From contig DKMG01000095.1 in NCBI GenBank assembly GCA_002469975.1, positions 1-45,063 on the forward strand: DNA of 45,063 nucleotides, written 5' to 3'. Below the pieces are notes generated by a model. That model saw only the letters and a list, made by a program, of their open reading frames with translations. It searched no databases and was not told the DNA's origin. The DNA comes from Proteobacteria bacterium UBA7420 (lineage in GTDB: Bacteria > Pseudomonadota > Gammaproteobacteria > Magnimaribacterales > D2472). A program made the translations under genes and the position numbers. Below, in pieces: positions 44,399 to 45,063 of this stretch. Position 1 is the stretch's first letter; every line of letters begins with the position of its first letter.

Positions 44399-45063
44399 TT
44401 ATTTTTCCATACCGCAATTTTTATTTAAAGGAATAACCACGTCCATCATTGCGGGGGATGGCAGGTCCAAGGAATTCATTATATTTACAAAAGATTCCTT
44501 ATTATTATTCAATCTTGGATTAAATGTTACCTCTTCTTTAATAGTGCTTTCCGTAAACCCATTATAGTCATGACCTGGAAAGATTTTAGTAGTTTGTGGC
44601 AGAGTAAATAATTTTGTGGTGATGGAATCATAAAGCGTCCCAGGATCTCCATTTTGAAAATCTGTTCTTCCAGTGCCTCTGATCAATAAAGTATCTCCAG
44701 AAAACAGGAAATAGGGCTCAACTGATTCTAGCAAATAAGAGTAAGAGTCATCCGTATGTCCTGGTGTAAAAATTGCCTTTATTCTTACTTCATCAATCTC
44801 AAGAATTTCTTGATCCTGGATATTATGAGATGAGCATTTTGGACCTGAAACACCACTAACTGTTTCGCAACCCAGCAGCTCCCTTAATTGGCCAGAGCCA
44901 GATGTGTGATCTGCATGAATATGAGTATCAATGGAGTAGGACAAAGTTAGTCCTAGTTGCTCCAGCAATGTTTTATATACCAAATTTTTATCAAGCACTG
45001 GATCGATAATCACAGCATTGCCTTGTTTTGAAGCCAAGAGGTAAGTAAAGGTTGATGAGCTTG
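44399..45063 (-). CDS. MBL-fold metallo-hydrolase (ETHE1/persulfide-dioxygenase- or glyoxalase-II-like); 5' end runs off the window
   Basis: THIHADHTSG (HxHxDH) and TPGHTDDS motifs. The frame stays open to nt 45063 and encodes ...SSSTFTYLLASKQGNAVIIDPV, matching the usual family N-terminus, so the TTG at 45037 is not the real start. Confidence 0.8.
   Translation of the reverse strand, partial: SSSTFTYLLASKQGNAVIIDPVLDKNLVYKTLLEQLGLTLSYSIDTHIHADHTSGSGQLRELLGCETVSGVSGPKCSSHNIQDQEILEIDEVRIKAIFTPGHTDDSYSYLLESVEPYFLFSGDTLLIRGTGRTDFQNGDPGTLYDSITTKLFTLPQTTKIFPGHDYNGFTESTIKEEVTFNPRLNNNKESFVNIMNSLDLPSPAMMDVVIPLNKNCGMEK

Noticed and set aside
656-44428. About 35 ORFs of 60-134 aa in the supplied track lie antisense to, or out of frame within, the large annotated genes. 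Examples: 1483-1749, 7157-7447, 9879-10175, 13538-13942, 15611-15952, 19366-19632, 32052-32387, 38892-39191, 44153-44428.
   Set aside because: Each is fully embedded in a longer ORF with clear family motifs on the other strand or frame. Their translations are low-complexity (Ser/Leu/Pro/Cys-rich) with no recognisable domains and no Shine-Dalgarno. This is the typical shadow-ORF pattern.
1-45063. I looked for CRISPR arrays, tRNA/rRNA genes, IS elements, integrases, phage or toxin-antitoxin/defence genes, and long direct repeats.
   Set aside because: I saw no repeat-spacer periodicity, no cloverleaf-capable G+C-rich segments in the short intergenic regions, and no transposase, integrase or recombinase-like translation in the ORF track. 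The largest non-coding stretch is only 177 nt. Scans with tRNAscan-SE, Infernal and a defence-system finder would be needed to make this definitive.

Overview
The window is an AT-rich, very tightly packed chromosomal segment. I estimate about 40% G+C by eye and did not compute it. It is almost wall-to-wall protein-coding, with about 50 CDS. I found no rRNA, tRNA, CRISPR array, transposase/integrase or phage genes. Gene content and order suggest a streamlined marine gammaproteobacterium of the Pseudomonadales sensu lato. The runs trmB / hemW-rdgB-metW-metX-yggT-proC-yggS, then rppH/HAD and lgt-thyA-folA, match what I recall of Pseudomonas; this is unverified.

Core housekeeping genes:
- argS, efp, gcvTHP, proC, metXW, thyA/folA, lgt, pip, yajQ, thrC-like.

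Accessory content:
- An exported ACE-like M2 peptidase lipoprotein next to a DUF1295 membrane protein.
- A six-gene TonB2-type energy-transduction cluster: DUF3450, TtpC-like, ExbB, ExbD, TonB, TPR protein.
- A stand-alone FTR1 iron permease preceded by a near-consensus Fur box.
- A ybjQ / sulfotransferase-like / small membrane protein trio.
- A single-polypeptide fusion of a retropepsin-like DUF785 domain to RimK.
- A redox/detoxification neighbourhood (PhzF, MAPEG, MDR oxidoreductase, FAD monooxygenase, YghU-type GST) with a perfect 20-bp palindrome in its divergent promoter region.
- An uncharacterised three-gene module: exported DUF3604 PHP-like metallohydrolase, membrane-anchored PpiC/Rotamase_2-like protein, extended HupE/UreJ. 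I consider this the best candidate for an undescribed system.

Genome-architecture oddities:
- Five of nine convergent gene junctions have a gap of zero or less, with overlapping or abutting stop codons.
- One divergent pair is separated by only 16 nt.
- There is only one convincing intrinsic terminator.
- The conserved N-terminus of trmB is encoded upstream of any canonical start codon.

All functional calls come from reading the supplied translations against remembered family motifs. No database search was run.
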